From contig OX597818.1 of the NCBI GenBank assembly GCA_951406725.2, positions 22,072,001 to 22,136,000 on the forward strand: DNA of 64,000 nucleotides. The letters are read 5' to 3'. Under the pieces are notes generated by a model that worked only from the letters and a program-made list of their open reading frames with translations, was not told the origin of the DNA and did not search any database. The translations under genes were made by a program, and so were the position numbers. Of this stretch, positions 1 to 11,887 are shown piece after piece. How positions within the stretch are numbered: the first letter of the stretch is position 1; each line of letters begins with the position of its first letter. This stretch comes from Octopus vulgaris. Taxonomy: Eukaryota.

Positions 1-111
1 TCAGCCTGAGGCTATAGTAGAAGACACCTGCCTAAGGTACCATGCAGTGGGACTGAATCTAGAACCATGTGGCTGGGAAACAAGCTTCTTACCACACAGC
101 CACACCTGCAC

Positions 112-162
<51 letters not shown>

Positions 163-242
163 TGATAGAAATGGTAAGACAACAAAAGAAAGAAAAAGAC
201 CTTGATATTATGTAAATAGAGGAATTCATCTGTAAATGTAAT

Positions 243-448
243 ATGTGACAATTATTTGGTACCCATGATAAAACTCCAAGTTTTGGATGTCGGGGTGGAA
301 ATTCATGCCGCCATCTCTTCAGTTGTCCGGCCATCAGAAAAAATCTCTTTTTCCGATGGCTGGACAACTGAAGAGATGGCGGCATGGATTTCCACCCCGA
401 CATCTGAAACTCTGAGTTTTATCATGGCTACCAAATAATTGTCGTATA
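243..448. repeat. Foldback inverted repeat (~95-bp arms) with a hammerhead-like motif in each arm
   Basis: The arms are near-perfect reverse complements around ~343. The + arm (362-423) reads GGACAA-CUGAAGA-GAUG...CAUCU-GAA-ACUCUGAGU-U-UUAUC. Confidence 0.85.
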
Positions 449-1120
449 TAATATATATATATAAATATATATGTCCCAATTGAGGGGGTGGAACAGGTAA
501 AATGTAAGTTACATTACAGCTAATTAAGAAACATGTAACATATATCATCATCATTATTTTGTGTCCGTTTTCCATGCTAGCATAGGTTGGATGGTTTGAG
601 CTGACCAGCTGGGGAGCTGTCCTGACTCCAATTGTCTTGTGGCATGCTTTCTACAGTTGGATGCCCTTCCTAACACCAACCACTTTACAGAATGTGGTGG
701 GTGTCTTTTATGCATCACCAGCAACAGGGTGCTTATGCAGCACCAGCATGAGTGCATTTTATGTGGCACCAGCACCTGTATGCATGGATGACAATGATAT
801 AAATACAATCCAGGGACCCAAGTGTGGGAAGTTTGTAAGCTTCAAGCAGTAGGCAACTAGTATAGAGAACAAAAAAGTGGACAGTATATAAGATACAATA
901 ACAATTTATTGACATTGAGAGTTGCACAATTTTTCCCATATTGAAGGTGCAAAGAAATTCGATAAGCTGAGAGTTTGTATACAGATCACTGTTAGCAACT
1001 AATGCTGCCAAAAATGCAGATAAAGTTCCAAATTGAGTGAGTTAGCTGTAGTTCATTACAGCTAATTAAGAAATACACGTAGCTTACATTTTGTCTGTTC
1101 CACTCCCTCAATTTGATACA

Positions 1121-1160
<40 letters not shown>

Positions 1161-3517
1161 CTGACATATACACACATACACTGTTCATTCATTTTAAGTA
1201 CAATTTTCTGTGCTAGCATGGCTTACACAAATATGTTACTGACACATTGTTTTACAGTTGGATATCCTTCCTGTCACTATCCCTGCATGTTTTTCAAGTA
1301 AAGGATCTCCTATTCCATTGGCTTCAAAGGTACAGTGAACAGACGATTTGTAGACAGGAGTATGAACAACAACAAACACTGGTGGTATCACAACTTTCAT
1401 ACAAGCAATCACAAATGTAAACAAATATGCACACACACATATATACATAAGTATACGAGACTGTTCTCTTTCAGTTTCTGCCTACCAAATCCAACCACAA
1501 GGTTTTAGTCAGCCAGGGGGTATAATAGAAAACACCTGCTCAAGGTGCCAGGCAGTGAGTCTGAAACCAAACCCACTTGTGGTGCCTTGGAAATGATTGA
1601 ATTAGTTGGTTTATCTAAAAAAAACTTTTCATTAATATGATCTGACACAGACATAGATTCTTGTTTCTGTATCTTCTACAACTACTACTATGGCTTCTGC
1701 TCTTCTAAACTAGCAAGCTGTTCTGAATGTATCCATCCCTCTTACTAGATTTCATCTCACTAAGATCCATGCAAGGAGCCTTCCATGTAGTCAGGCAACC
1801 TACTAGAAAAAACAAATTTGCTTCATATTACTCTCAACTGTCTTTATAAAAAAAAGTACACACTGAATATGTCCCCAGACCATCATTTAACTGTAGTTAC
1901 CATTGTACATTTCATCCTCTACAATCTTTGACATTAAGCAATTTGAAATCCTTACAAATGCTAGGTCTCACAATCTATAATGATCTTTCCTGATGACCTC
2001 ACATTATATATATATATATATATATACATATATGACTATGATGACTATTTGGTGGGATACGGTCGTATATAGTGTGTGTTTGATTTTGGGATACAGCTGT
2101 TTCATATGTGTACACACACACATATATATATCAGTGAAGGAAATAAAAAGTGAAAACTGGTGCCCTTTGAATGGTGAGACTGGTGAATCACCTTTCCATC
2201 TGATTATTGGTCCATCACAAACCTATAAATATAACCATTAATACTATTTCTCCAAAATATAAATGAAATACAAAACGTGCTGACGTGGATTAAAAAAACA
2301 TCAGAACTCTGATCCAAAATGTGTCATACAATACAGTTTCTAACATATGTTTGTTAGTAGTATTTTTTTTCAAAATTTCTTCTTCTGATATGAAAAAGAC
2401 ACACAGCTGTGCCTGAACTTTCAAAATTATAAATATATTTAGACTGTTTGTGTGTGTGTGCGTAAACACACACACATATATATATATATTCTTTTATATT
2501 TTTACTAGTTTGAATCATTGAACTGCAGTCATGCTGGGCACTGCCTTCAAGTATCTACATTAGAATTGAATGAGTGAGTGTGTATGTGTGTGTGCGTGTG
2601 CACACACACACACACGCGCGCGTAAAGAAGCAAATGAAACTAAATGGAATATTCCCTGAATGACTTTTGACAAAATGATTTGTAATCCTATAGAGGAGAG
2701 TGTAAGAGTACCAGATATCCTGCTCAAATGGAAAAAATAACTGAACATTGACAAAATGGCATTGTTTTGGAAACAAATGTCCCTTGAGACTTACTTGAAT
2801 AAAAATTGCAACGCAAAGTTACAGAGGCCATAGCAGAAACCACTCAACTGTTCATACTGAGGATTTTTTTTTTTCATTTTGATGTTGATTATTTTTTGAT
2901 GTTTGCATGGGTTAAATGGAATTTATTGAGGAAGATTTTCTATAGTCAGATGCCCTTCCTGTCACCAACCCTCACTTGTTTCCAAGTATGGTAATATTTC
3001 ATTATGATTAAAAATGAATGGCATTGCTTGTATGATGGTGATACATATCAAGCTAAGTAAAATTGTGGCCATCTATACATACAGATATATCCTCTACCTC
3101 CCTCTCTTGCCTGAAAGGTCCTTCTCTTGAAGGCTCATGGGTACCAGTATCACATAAAAAGCACTGGTGCTGGTGCCATGTAAAAGCACCCATGCTGGTG
3201 CCTGTGCCAGTGCTGTGTAAAAGTGCCTATGCCAGTGCCACATAAAAAGCATCCAGTTCACTCTGTGAAGTGGTTGGTGTTAGGCAGGGCATCCAGTCAT
3301 AGAAATCATACCAGCATAGAAAGCAGATGTTAAATGATGATGATGATATGATGTCAAGACAAGGAAAGACAAACACACACGCATGCACATATGCATACAG
3401 TTGTGGCCAAAAATGGAACATAGGTCTAAAAATTAGAATTTTTATATTAAATGCCCAAATATATATATATATATATATATATTTGTAACAAATGCTCCAA
3501 AATTTTGGCTATGACTG

Positions 3518-3552
<35 letters not shown>

Positions 3553-4580
3553 ATGACAGGCTTCTTTCAGTTTCCATCAATCAAATCCACTGACAAGGTG
3601 CCAAGCAGTGGGACTGAACCCAAAATCATGTGATTAGGAAGTAAACTTCTTAACCACATAGCCATGCCTGTTAGAATAAATGACAGTTGTGTCAGAGAAC
3701 TGCTTTTCTCACATGATGTCAATATCATTTAAAGAAGAAAGTATTTTAAACTTAGACCAACCAAATGGATATGGTGAGGATGATCACCAAAGTGAAACAG
3801 AGGTGTCTGTGACACAAACAAAATAATCTTCAGATGAATTTCATTCTATTATAAACATTGTTAAACATTGAAAATACATGACAACAGATGCAGATTCAAC
3901 AGAATTATTACATCAGATAAATGCTTATGATATTTAGTTTAAAATTCTTCACTGACTGAGTTCAAATCATGCTAAAATGAACTCTGATTTCCATCTTTCC
4001 AGGGTCAACAATATAAATCAACAACCAAGTAATGGAGTCAATTTAATATTCTGATAAAGCATCCTAGATGTCAATGGAATTATAACAGAAGAATGTAAAT
4101 GAGAGCTGTGTAAGTCAGAAGAGAAATTGGATATAAACTCAGCTGAAAAGAATTTTTAAAAAATCCAAAAGATCCTTTTACAGCATTAAGAAAATAAAAA
4201 CAATTTTTTTCTTTGCAACAATAAATTCATAAAACAAAATTTTGTCCAGTTAATTGATTTCCTTCCTTATATCGATTTTCATACACATCTCCCTGTGAGA
4301 TACTTCAGAAAATAAGAAAATTTAATTTCTTTCCAAAGCCTGGACATTAATTGCCGATTTTGTATGCATTTACATATTTGAATATTGCAATTTTGGATAT
4401 AACAGTGTTCTTGCAGCACACATTATTTGCAGTGATCAAGGTACCTTTCTGTCTGTCTATTCCTGCCTCTCTCTCTCTTTTCTCTCCCCCTCTCTCATAT
4501 ATATCTATATATCTTTTACTTGTTTCAGTCATTTGACTGTGGCCATGCTGGAGCACTGCTGACCTCAGGACATTTTTTTT

Positions 4581-4984
4581 AATTGACGGATATTTGTCCT
4601 CATCTTGTTTGTTGTTAAAACAACGTTTTGGCTAATATACCCTCCAGCCTTCATCAGGTGTCTTGGGGAAATTTCGAACTCAGGTTCTCATTCCTAAGGT
4701 ATTTTTCGATATTATTATTATTATTATTCAGGTCACTGCCTGGAATCGAACTCGGAATCGTGGGGTTAGTAGCCCGCACTCTTAACCACTACACCATATG
4801 CCTGTAATAATAATAATAACACTGAAAAATACTTTAGGAATGAGAACACAAGTTCGAAATTTTCCCAAGACACCTGATGAAGGCTTGAGGGTATATCAGC
4901 CAAAACAACAAACAAGATGAGAACAAATATCCGTCAATTGTAAATAATGTACATAATTCCACATCTCTTAAATATAGAACTGTA
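4581..4984. mobile_element. Foldback element with a tRNA-derived head and hammerhead-like motifs, inserted in the T-run of a SINE
   Basis: Arms 4581-4728 and 4805-4939 are reverse complements. The loop (4738-4802, minus) has an A box TGGTGTAGTGG and a B box GAGTTCGATTCC. Each arm has CUGAUGA(A)GGCU...AGCC-AAAAC. The host SINE sequence resumes at ~4990. Confidence 0.8.
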
Positions 4985-5359
4985 TTTTTTTTAAAGCCTA
5001 GAACTTATTTTACCAGCCTGTTTTGCTGAACTGCTAAGTTACAGGCATGTAAAAACACCAGCACTGGTTGTCAAGCAGTGATAGAGGCAGGTGGTGATGG
5101 GGAATCATAGACACAAACACAGATATATACATACATACATACATATACATATATATATATGATGTGCTTCTTTCAGTTTCCATCTACCAAATATACCATA
5201 GTAGAAGACACTTGTCCAAAGTGCCATGCAGTAGGACTGAACCCGGAACCATGTGGTTGGGAAGCAAGCTTCTTACCAAACAGCTACACTCGCATCTATG
5301 GATCATTGGAGTTTCACAGAGAAAACATTGAACACACTTCCAAATGCTGAAGACTTTGA

Positions 5360-5843
5360 TTTTCATTGAGGGACCCATTTATTGGGTTTTTTCACTTTGC
5401 CAATTTTCTTCAGGTGATCTGACAATGTTGAAACACTGATACCAAGCTCGTGAGACATTTTTCTGACACTTTGTCATGGGTTTTCTTCAACTATTGTTTT
5501 CAAATGCTGATCATCAAGGGTGGATGGACGTCCTTCTTGATCTTCAAGGCTCTCATCCCCACTACGGAATTTCTCAAACCACCATCGTACTGTCTGATCA
5601 CTAGTGGACCCTTCAGCCCATGCTCTGTTGATATTGGCAGCTGTTAGGGAAGCATTATGCCCAAGCTTAAATTCATGCAAAAAAAGTAAACGCATTTCTT
5701 CTTTTTCATGTTTGAAATTAAGGATTTCTACACTTCAAGAAAAATTTATTAAAGTGTCTAAAACACTATAAAAATAACATCTTATAATGAATTTGAAAAA
5801 ACTGTTTTAAAAAAATTGGACAGTATCTTTTGAACAACCTAAG
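5360..5843 (-). mobile_element. mariner (Mos1/Hsmar-like) transposase 5' fragment
   Basis: RLLFLHEFKLGHNASLTAANINRAW...TVRWWFEKFRSGDESLED..GRPS is the typical N-terminal HTH region. TTAGGTTG terminus near 5843. Confidence 0.85.
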
Positions 5844-6449
5844 ATATATTCTTTTATTTTTTTACTTGTTTCAGTCATTTACTGCAGCCATGTTGGAGCA
5901 CTGCCTTTAGTCGAACACATCAACCCCAGGACTTATTCTTTGTAAGCCTAGCACTTATTCTATCGGTCTCTTTTGCCAAACTGCTAAGTTATGGGGATGT
6001 AAACATGCCAACACAGGTTGTCAAGTGATGATGGGCGGGGGAGGGGGAAGAAACACACAAATATATACATGCACACACATATATATAAGTATATATATAT
6101 ATATATATATATTGTATATACACAAAGGGCTTCTTTCAGTTTCTGCCCACCAAATCAACTCACAAGGCTTTGGTCGGCCTAAGGTTATAGTAGAAGACAC
6201 TTGCCCAAAGTGCCACACAGTGGGACTGAACCAAGAACCATTTGATTGGTGCTACACAGTGGAACTGAACCTGGAACCATGTGGTTGGGAAGCAACCTTC
6301 TTTTATTCATTAAATTGGCCATAAAGGCCTTACAAAGAAAGGAAGCTGTGGACTGGACAAAGACACAATGAGATGTAATGATAGACGATATAATAATGAG
6401 GGCAACAGCAACACCTGCCGATTGCTGTTTACTCGAGCACATTGTTCTT

Positions 6450-7060
6450 TATAAGTACCATATTTGAGGCAACAAACCTCTTACATAGTAAAATATCAAG
6501 GAAGCAATAAACCTCTTACACAAGTCAATTATAAATCAATGAAACAATAAAACTGAGGTACCAAGCCTCTTACTTTAATTAGTTACAAATCTTCCTGCCC
6601 AACCAGACTTCTCGCCTCAGTTAAACACCTGGATGACACCAAGTCGAGCCAATTTAGCTGAAGGTATCCTTAGGGAAGGAGTTCATTACCCTGAACAGGT
6701 CATTCTCCCCCATGACCTTTGCAGCCACCTGCGAAGGCCAGTCAAGGTCCTCCATGCAGGACAGAATCCCCTCCCTTTGGCCCTTCGTTTTAAGCTTCTT
6801 AACAAAGCCCTCCAATGTCCTCTTATGGAAGAGGACCACAAATTCCTCTTCCATATCATGTACACTTTCCACCTTTGATGGCACAACTCCCACCAATGGT
6901 GCTTCGGGACATGCCGGCAATGTGTCACAAACCACCAGCAATGTCCCGTTTTTCTTTTTTTTTCGTTTTTTGCTTTGAGCCATGGGAGGGTGGAGTTCCT
7001 CCACTTTGTTCAGCAGATCCTCTCTCCCTCCTGCAGCCTTCGGATCCTTCGGTGGGCAAC
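6450..7060. mobile_element. GC-richer retroelement-like fragment, family not identified
   Basis: Abrupt composition change next to the RTE fragment, with a 116-aa open frame on the minus strand (6654-7004) that has no diagnostic motif. Confidence 0.3.
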
Positions 7061-7074
7061 CATTGTTGCATCGG

Positions 7075-7710
7075 CCACGACAATGATTTCACTTGACTTG
7101 ACAGGTCTTCACAGCATATCTCCAAAGGTCTCAGTCACTAGTCATTGCCTCAGTGGGGCCCAAAGTTTGAAGATCATGCTTCACCACCTCGTCCCATGTC
7201 TTCCTGGGTCTACCTCTACCACAGGTTCCCTCCACAGTTAAAGATCGGTACTTCTTAACACAGCAGTCCTTGTCCACACACATCACATGACCATACCAGC
7301 CCAGTCATCTCTTTTGCACACCATATCTGATGACTCTTATGCCCAACTTTTCTCTCAAGATGCTTACACTCTGTCATACAGTTACACTGACATTGCACAT
7401 CCAGCAAAGAATACTGGCTTCATTTCTTTCAAGCCTATGCATATCCTCAGCTGTCACAGCCCATGTTTCACTGCCATCATACAATCTGCACACAGGCATC
7501 ATACAATCTGTCTTTCAGATTTATTGCCAACAGAGGTAAGAGCTCTCTGAACTTTTCCCAGCCTATTATTTTCACAGCTGTGCTCTTGGAGCATCCACCT
7601 CCACTGCTAAGTTAGTCACCTAAATAACAGAAGCTATCTACTAATTCTAGCTTACCCACCTGGCCATTTTCTGTACATTTTTGGTGTTTATTGTACTTGT
7701 GCATCTTCTA
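7075..7710 (-). mobile_element. RTE-clade LINE 3' fragment (same family as 32430-33592)
   Basis: Reverse-complement similarity, e.g. GGTAGACCCAGGAAGACATGGGACGAGGTGGTGAAGCATGA. Confidence 0.8.
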
Positions 7711-7799
7711 CGCAAAAAAAACGGACTAAACCTTGACCTAAACTGTTTCAACAAGGAGGTAAGTTGTGATTTTTTTTTTTTTGTCCACCCCCACCATGC

Positions 7800-10700
7800 T
7801 TCATATATATACTTTATTTAAAGCAGCAGAAAATTCAACAAAATCTGTTACTCTGAGTTTCTCGTTGCCGTTCATCAGACAGTTTTTGCTAGAATGGAAC
7901 CGATATATCAATTCAATCCAGACTCTTACAAACGCTACACCTTTAAAAAAAATGGTCTTGTTTGATTGGCCCTTTAGAAATAACGGTCAATCTTCGAGCG
8001 ATAAACAAAAAATGAGCTCAAAAATATATGTATATATATATAAAAAAATTATAAAAATTATAAAATTCAAGGAAAAAACCTTACATTGAATAAAATACAT
8101 ATTGACGTTAATGAAGAAAATATAATTAATGCATAGAAATTAAAACGCATTATAAATATTACACTGCAATACATATTCATATTAAAGTGTACATATATAT
8201 ATCAACATACACAGAAGGATGCGTGCAAACGCCATACATATACAGACGTATAAATATAAATCTAAAATATACACACAAATGCATACATATATGTACGCAA
8301 TCTATCTTGCATGCAAGTTAAAATCATCGATGTAGCATTTCTCATTTACGTAGTAAAGTTTAAGTAAGGGGGACGTAAAGTTGTATCAGTATCAGTTAGA
8401 GAAAAAATGAAAGAAAGGAAGAGAGAGAAAAAGGAACGAAGAAGGGGGAAGGAAAAAAGAAAAAGGAGGGGTGGGGAAAAAAACGAAATAAGAAAAATTA
8501 TGTATACAAGCTGTGTAACCGCGTTATTGACATATATGGAGACAAGTATACAAATACACAAGTTCGAATGGATACATACACATACAGTCGTGTATGTGTG
8601 TGCTTAAGCACAAACATACGCTCACTTACACAACACAGAGACGCATGCTTACAAATACATATCCATGGCTATACACATATTTATATCAAAATTCTAATTT
8701 TTGACAACATTGCTTTTAAAAAAAGGTGAGTGCAATAATGAAAAATATACGAAAGACATAAAATATAACACCCTATTTTGGATCATCTATAAATTAAAAA
8801 TCAAGGTAATCCTATACAATACAATAACATGAAATAAACAAAGCCGAAGGTTTTTCCTAATGTATATGTAGAAATATAAGACTTTTCTATATGGAATGAA
8901 ATCTGCATAGCGTGAAACAAATCCATCGTCGCGTTTACATACTAGTTCAAGAGTCAAAATCAAAATTTCAAAAATCAAAAATACAAAATATATACTCTAT
9001 CCATATGGTATATTTATATTTGACATTTTAAATTTGGTTGCGTGTCTACATAAGTTCATTAGCTCACTTCTTTGATTCAAAGAATTATTGTCTTTGAATA
9101 AAATGTACAGTTTTTCTAATAGGCAAAGCTTGCATTTAAAATTATTTCTGTGTGCTCTATGCCTGTATGGTGCCGCTCTGTCCAGAATGCTCCATGTCAC
9201 GTTGAAAGGTGGGGTTTCCTTTTCTTTTAGTTCCCAGACATATTTTGCTAGGCTGGTCCTCTTCCTATTCTCTGGGTATCTAAATGAATTTTTATGTGAA
9301 TAAAATCGTGTTTTAAATGAATTTTCTGAAGCCCCTGTATATGTCTTGTATTCCGATGAGCCTTCTATTTGCACCTTGGCTCTATAAACTACTCCTTTCA
9401 CTAGACATTTCCCTTCTAACGGACAGGAGTTTTCGTTTTTGCAATTGCATTTCTTAATGGGCTCGGCACCATGTCTAATCTCAATCAGATTCCTATTATG
9501 CTGGCTAATGTAAGAGGCGAAATTTCTGCAACAAGAATAGCTAACCTTCAGGGTTCTTCTATTAAATATCCTATAGAATTTATGGCCCTGCTTAAAATGC
9601 TTAGAGACTAATCTCAAAAATTCCTTACCTATATTAGTCTTTACGGCCAAATTGAAAGCCGGGTTGAACCACAAAACTTTCCTGGTCCTAGTTCTTCATG
9701 CAGCATTATTATCAGCATTAAGCTGGCTGTATTGGATCTTCTCAGAGAATCCACTATTCTTTAATGCGCTATTGTAATAAGGTGCAGCATTATGGAATGC
9801 TGCCTCGTCCGAAGAAATTGAAGATATTCTTCTACCTACATTGCTGACTAAGTTCCTAAGGATAACTGGTGGATGGTTCGAATCTTTGCTAATATATGAT
9901 AGCTTTTCATTGGGCTTACGGAAAGGTTTAAATCTATCCGACCTTACATTAAAATTTACGTCTAAAAAATCTACACTACTCAGGTTAGCATCTATTGTAA
10001 CCCGTAAGCCCATCCTTTGAAAGAAAGCAATAAGGTCCTTCCTAAGTCTATCTGATTCATGGCCGTTTAGATTATGCGTGGCTATAAGGCCGTCATCCCT
10101 ATATAAACCTGCATCTATAAATGGGAATTCTATTTTTAGATTATGGAGAATAAAGGCTCCTATGAGCATACATAACTCAGCCCCGTCGTATGCCCCCATC
10201 GGTACATCAAAAAGAGAATCCTCAGTCTTCTTAATCCAGGTGGAATCCTCGAAAAAAGAAGCGATTTCCTCGCATGCATAATAATTTCAATTTCCGAGCT
10301 ATCGATGTTGACATACTGCTTGGCGAAGTCCAATGCCCTTAGGAGCAACGTCCTAGATATTGACGGGTAAAAGTCAATAATGTCAAATTGTGTGAAACTA
10401 CAATTATTCTTATAGCTAATACCTTTAAACCACTCTATGACTGACTTACTATTCTTCCAAATTCTCAAGTCTACTTCACTATCTAACTTAGCTAAAATAC
10501 GGTCCAAAATATTTTTGCTAATAATTCCTATCTCAGTTTTAGCCGGATTTATCAATCTACATTTGGGGTTTCTATTAAAATTGGCTTTATGGTCTTTTAG
10601 AGTAATAAAAGCTGGTCGTGGTGAAAGATATTCAATCCTATCGCTAATCTTAAGATCGTTAGCTATTCCTCTTGCTTCTAAGTTCACCTCTTTTTTGTAT

Positions 10701-10860
10701 GTATCTGTGACACTATTCGAAATCAAGCGCTTATAAACGTCCTTATCAAGTGCATATAAGTTCCTTGTCTTATCAGAATTAACGAAGATCTTATTCGAGT
10801 TGTTAATCTCCTTAATTTTTCTCTCATATTTCTCTGTAATTGGTTGGTATATATATAATT
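7800..10860 (-). mobile_element. Penelope-like retroelement (RT + C-terminal GIY-YIG endonuclease, Nematis-like), 5'-truncated and lightly disrupted
   Basis: ORFs 10160-10873, 9696-10199 and 8997-9674 join through one frameshift (~10245) and one in-frame TGA (9696-9698). RT motifs: TLKDHK, CRLINP, FDIIDFYPSI, MGAYDGAE, YRDDG, DFLDV. Cys linker CNC..CPL..C. Endonuclease VVY...YTG...FKTRFYSH, CKLCLLEK, LN. A long AT-rich 3' UTR ends in a hammerhead motif and AATAAA (7813-7818, minus). Clade assignment is from recalled motifs. Confidence 0.92.
7840..7887 (-). ncRNA. Minimal type-I hammerhead ribozyme motif at the 3' end of the Penelope-like element
   Basis: Minus strand reads AAAAACUGU-CUGAUGA-ACG GCAA CGA-GAA-ACUC A GAGU-A-ACAGAUUUU. 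Both core boxes are intact, helix III is near-palindromic, the cleavage triplet is GUA, helix I is CUGU/ACAG, and there is one mismatch at the base of helix II. Confidence 0.85.
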
Positions 10861-10864
10861 GGTT

Positions 10865-11242
10865 GGTTGCCACAAAGACTTTCTTGGACTTCGTTGAAAA
10901 GTTTCCAGTAATCTTTCTTCTTTTGTGGGGCTTGTCGATGTACGTGGTGTTCCAGAACGCTTCTAATGGGCGTCCTGAACAGTTCCATCAGCTTCAAACT
11001 TATCTCTAATTCGAGTGATGGTAACTCGTGTTGGTGGTTCTTTGTTAAACTCCCTCCTAAATTGTCTTTGCACTTCTACTGCGTTTTCATACTTCCAGTA
11101 GCATTTTAGAATAAATTTCCTTTCTTCAAAGTCAAGTCTGGCTGCCATCACTCGGTTCAATGGGTTCAGTCTATAAAGAAAGAATAAATAATTGAGTTAT
11201 CAGCTGCCAAAATGTGTATACATTTTTTTGGGACATCCTGTA
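10865..11242 (-). mobile_element. Tc1/mariner-superfamily transposon, 5' fragment (TIR + DUF4817-like HTH)
   Basis: TA-CAGGATGTCCCAAAAAAATGTATACAC terminus at ~11242. ORF MAARLDFEERKFILKCYWK...EVQRQFRREF...IRDKFEADGTV continues past a stop as KRSGTPRTS...FQRSPRKS. Confidence 0.8.
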
Positions 11243-11259
11243 TATATACATATATATAT

Positions 11260-11500
11260 ATATACACATATATCTATACATACATACACACACACACACA
11301 TATCTATACATACATACACACACACATATATCTATACATACATACACACACACACACACATATATCTATACATACATACACACACACACACATATATCTA
11401 TACATACATACACACACACACACACATATATCTATACATACATACACACACACATATATCTATACATACATACACACACACACACACATATATATAAATA
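11260..11500. repeat. Compound microsatellite-derived minisatellite
   Basis: TATCTATACATACATA(CA)n repeated about 7 times. Confidence 0.9.
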
Positions 11501-11509
11501 TATATATAT

Positions 11510-11887
11510 ACTCTTTTACTTGTTTCAGTCATTTGGCTGTGGCCATGCTGGAGCACCGCCTTTAGTTGAGCAAATTGACCCCAGGACTTATTCTCTGTAA
11601 GCCTAGTACTTATTCTATCGGTCTCTTTTGCCAAACTGCTAAGTTACAGGGGCGTAAACACACCAGCATCCGTTGTCAAGCAATGTTGGGGGTACCAAAC
11701 ACAGATACACACATACATATACATATATACGACGGGCTTCTTTCAGTTTCCGTCTACCAAATCCACTCACAAGGCTTTGGTCGGCCCGAGGCTATAGTTG
11801 AAGACACTTGCCCAAGGTTCCACGCAGTGTCTCTGAACCTGAAACCATGTGGTTGGTAAGCAAGATACTTACCACACAGACACTCCA
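11510..11887 (-). mobile_element. Same SINE family, representative minus-strand copy
   Basis: Further copies or fragments at ~1-112, 1460-1575, 3555-3670, 4510-5295, 5850-6300, 11920-12215, 16700-16840, 29335-29685, 35810-36055, 37980-38385, 49650-49840, 55180-55510, 58280-58455 and 61505-62035. Confidence 0.85.

Noticed and set aside
4738-4802. Genuine tRNA gene
   Set aside because: A and B boxes are present, but there is no proper acceptor stem or T-run terminator; it reads as a SINE head. The same holds for 23215, 38420 and 41315.
6021-6442. Recurrent ORFs containing IVEDTCPKCH or HGTLGKCLLL as a multigene family
   Set aside because: They are translations of the same non-coding SINE, with inconsistent frames among copies.
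9696-9698. In-frame TGA in the Penelope-like ORF as a possible selenocysteine codon (known in some Naiad elements)
   Set aside because: It falls in an Arg-rich linker (A*RTRTRK), so CGA>TGA decay is simpler. The copy also has a frameshift, its domain order is not Naiad-type, and I recognised no SECIS.
11171-11634. Long H/T/Y/I-rich and C/V-rich ORFs here and at 33811, 36100, 39239, 48479 and 50785
   Set aside because: They are translations of TA/CA microsatellites.
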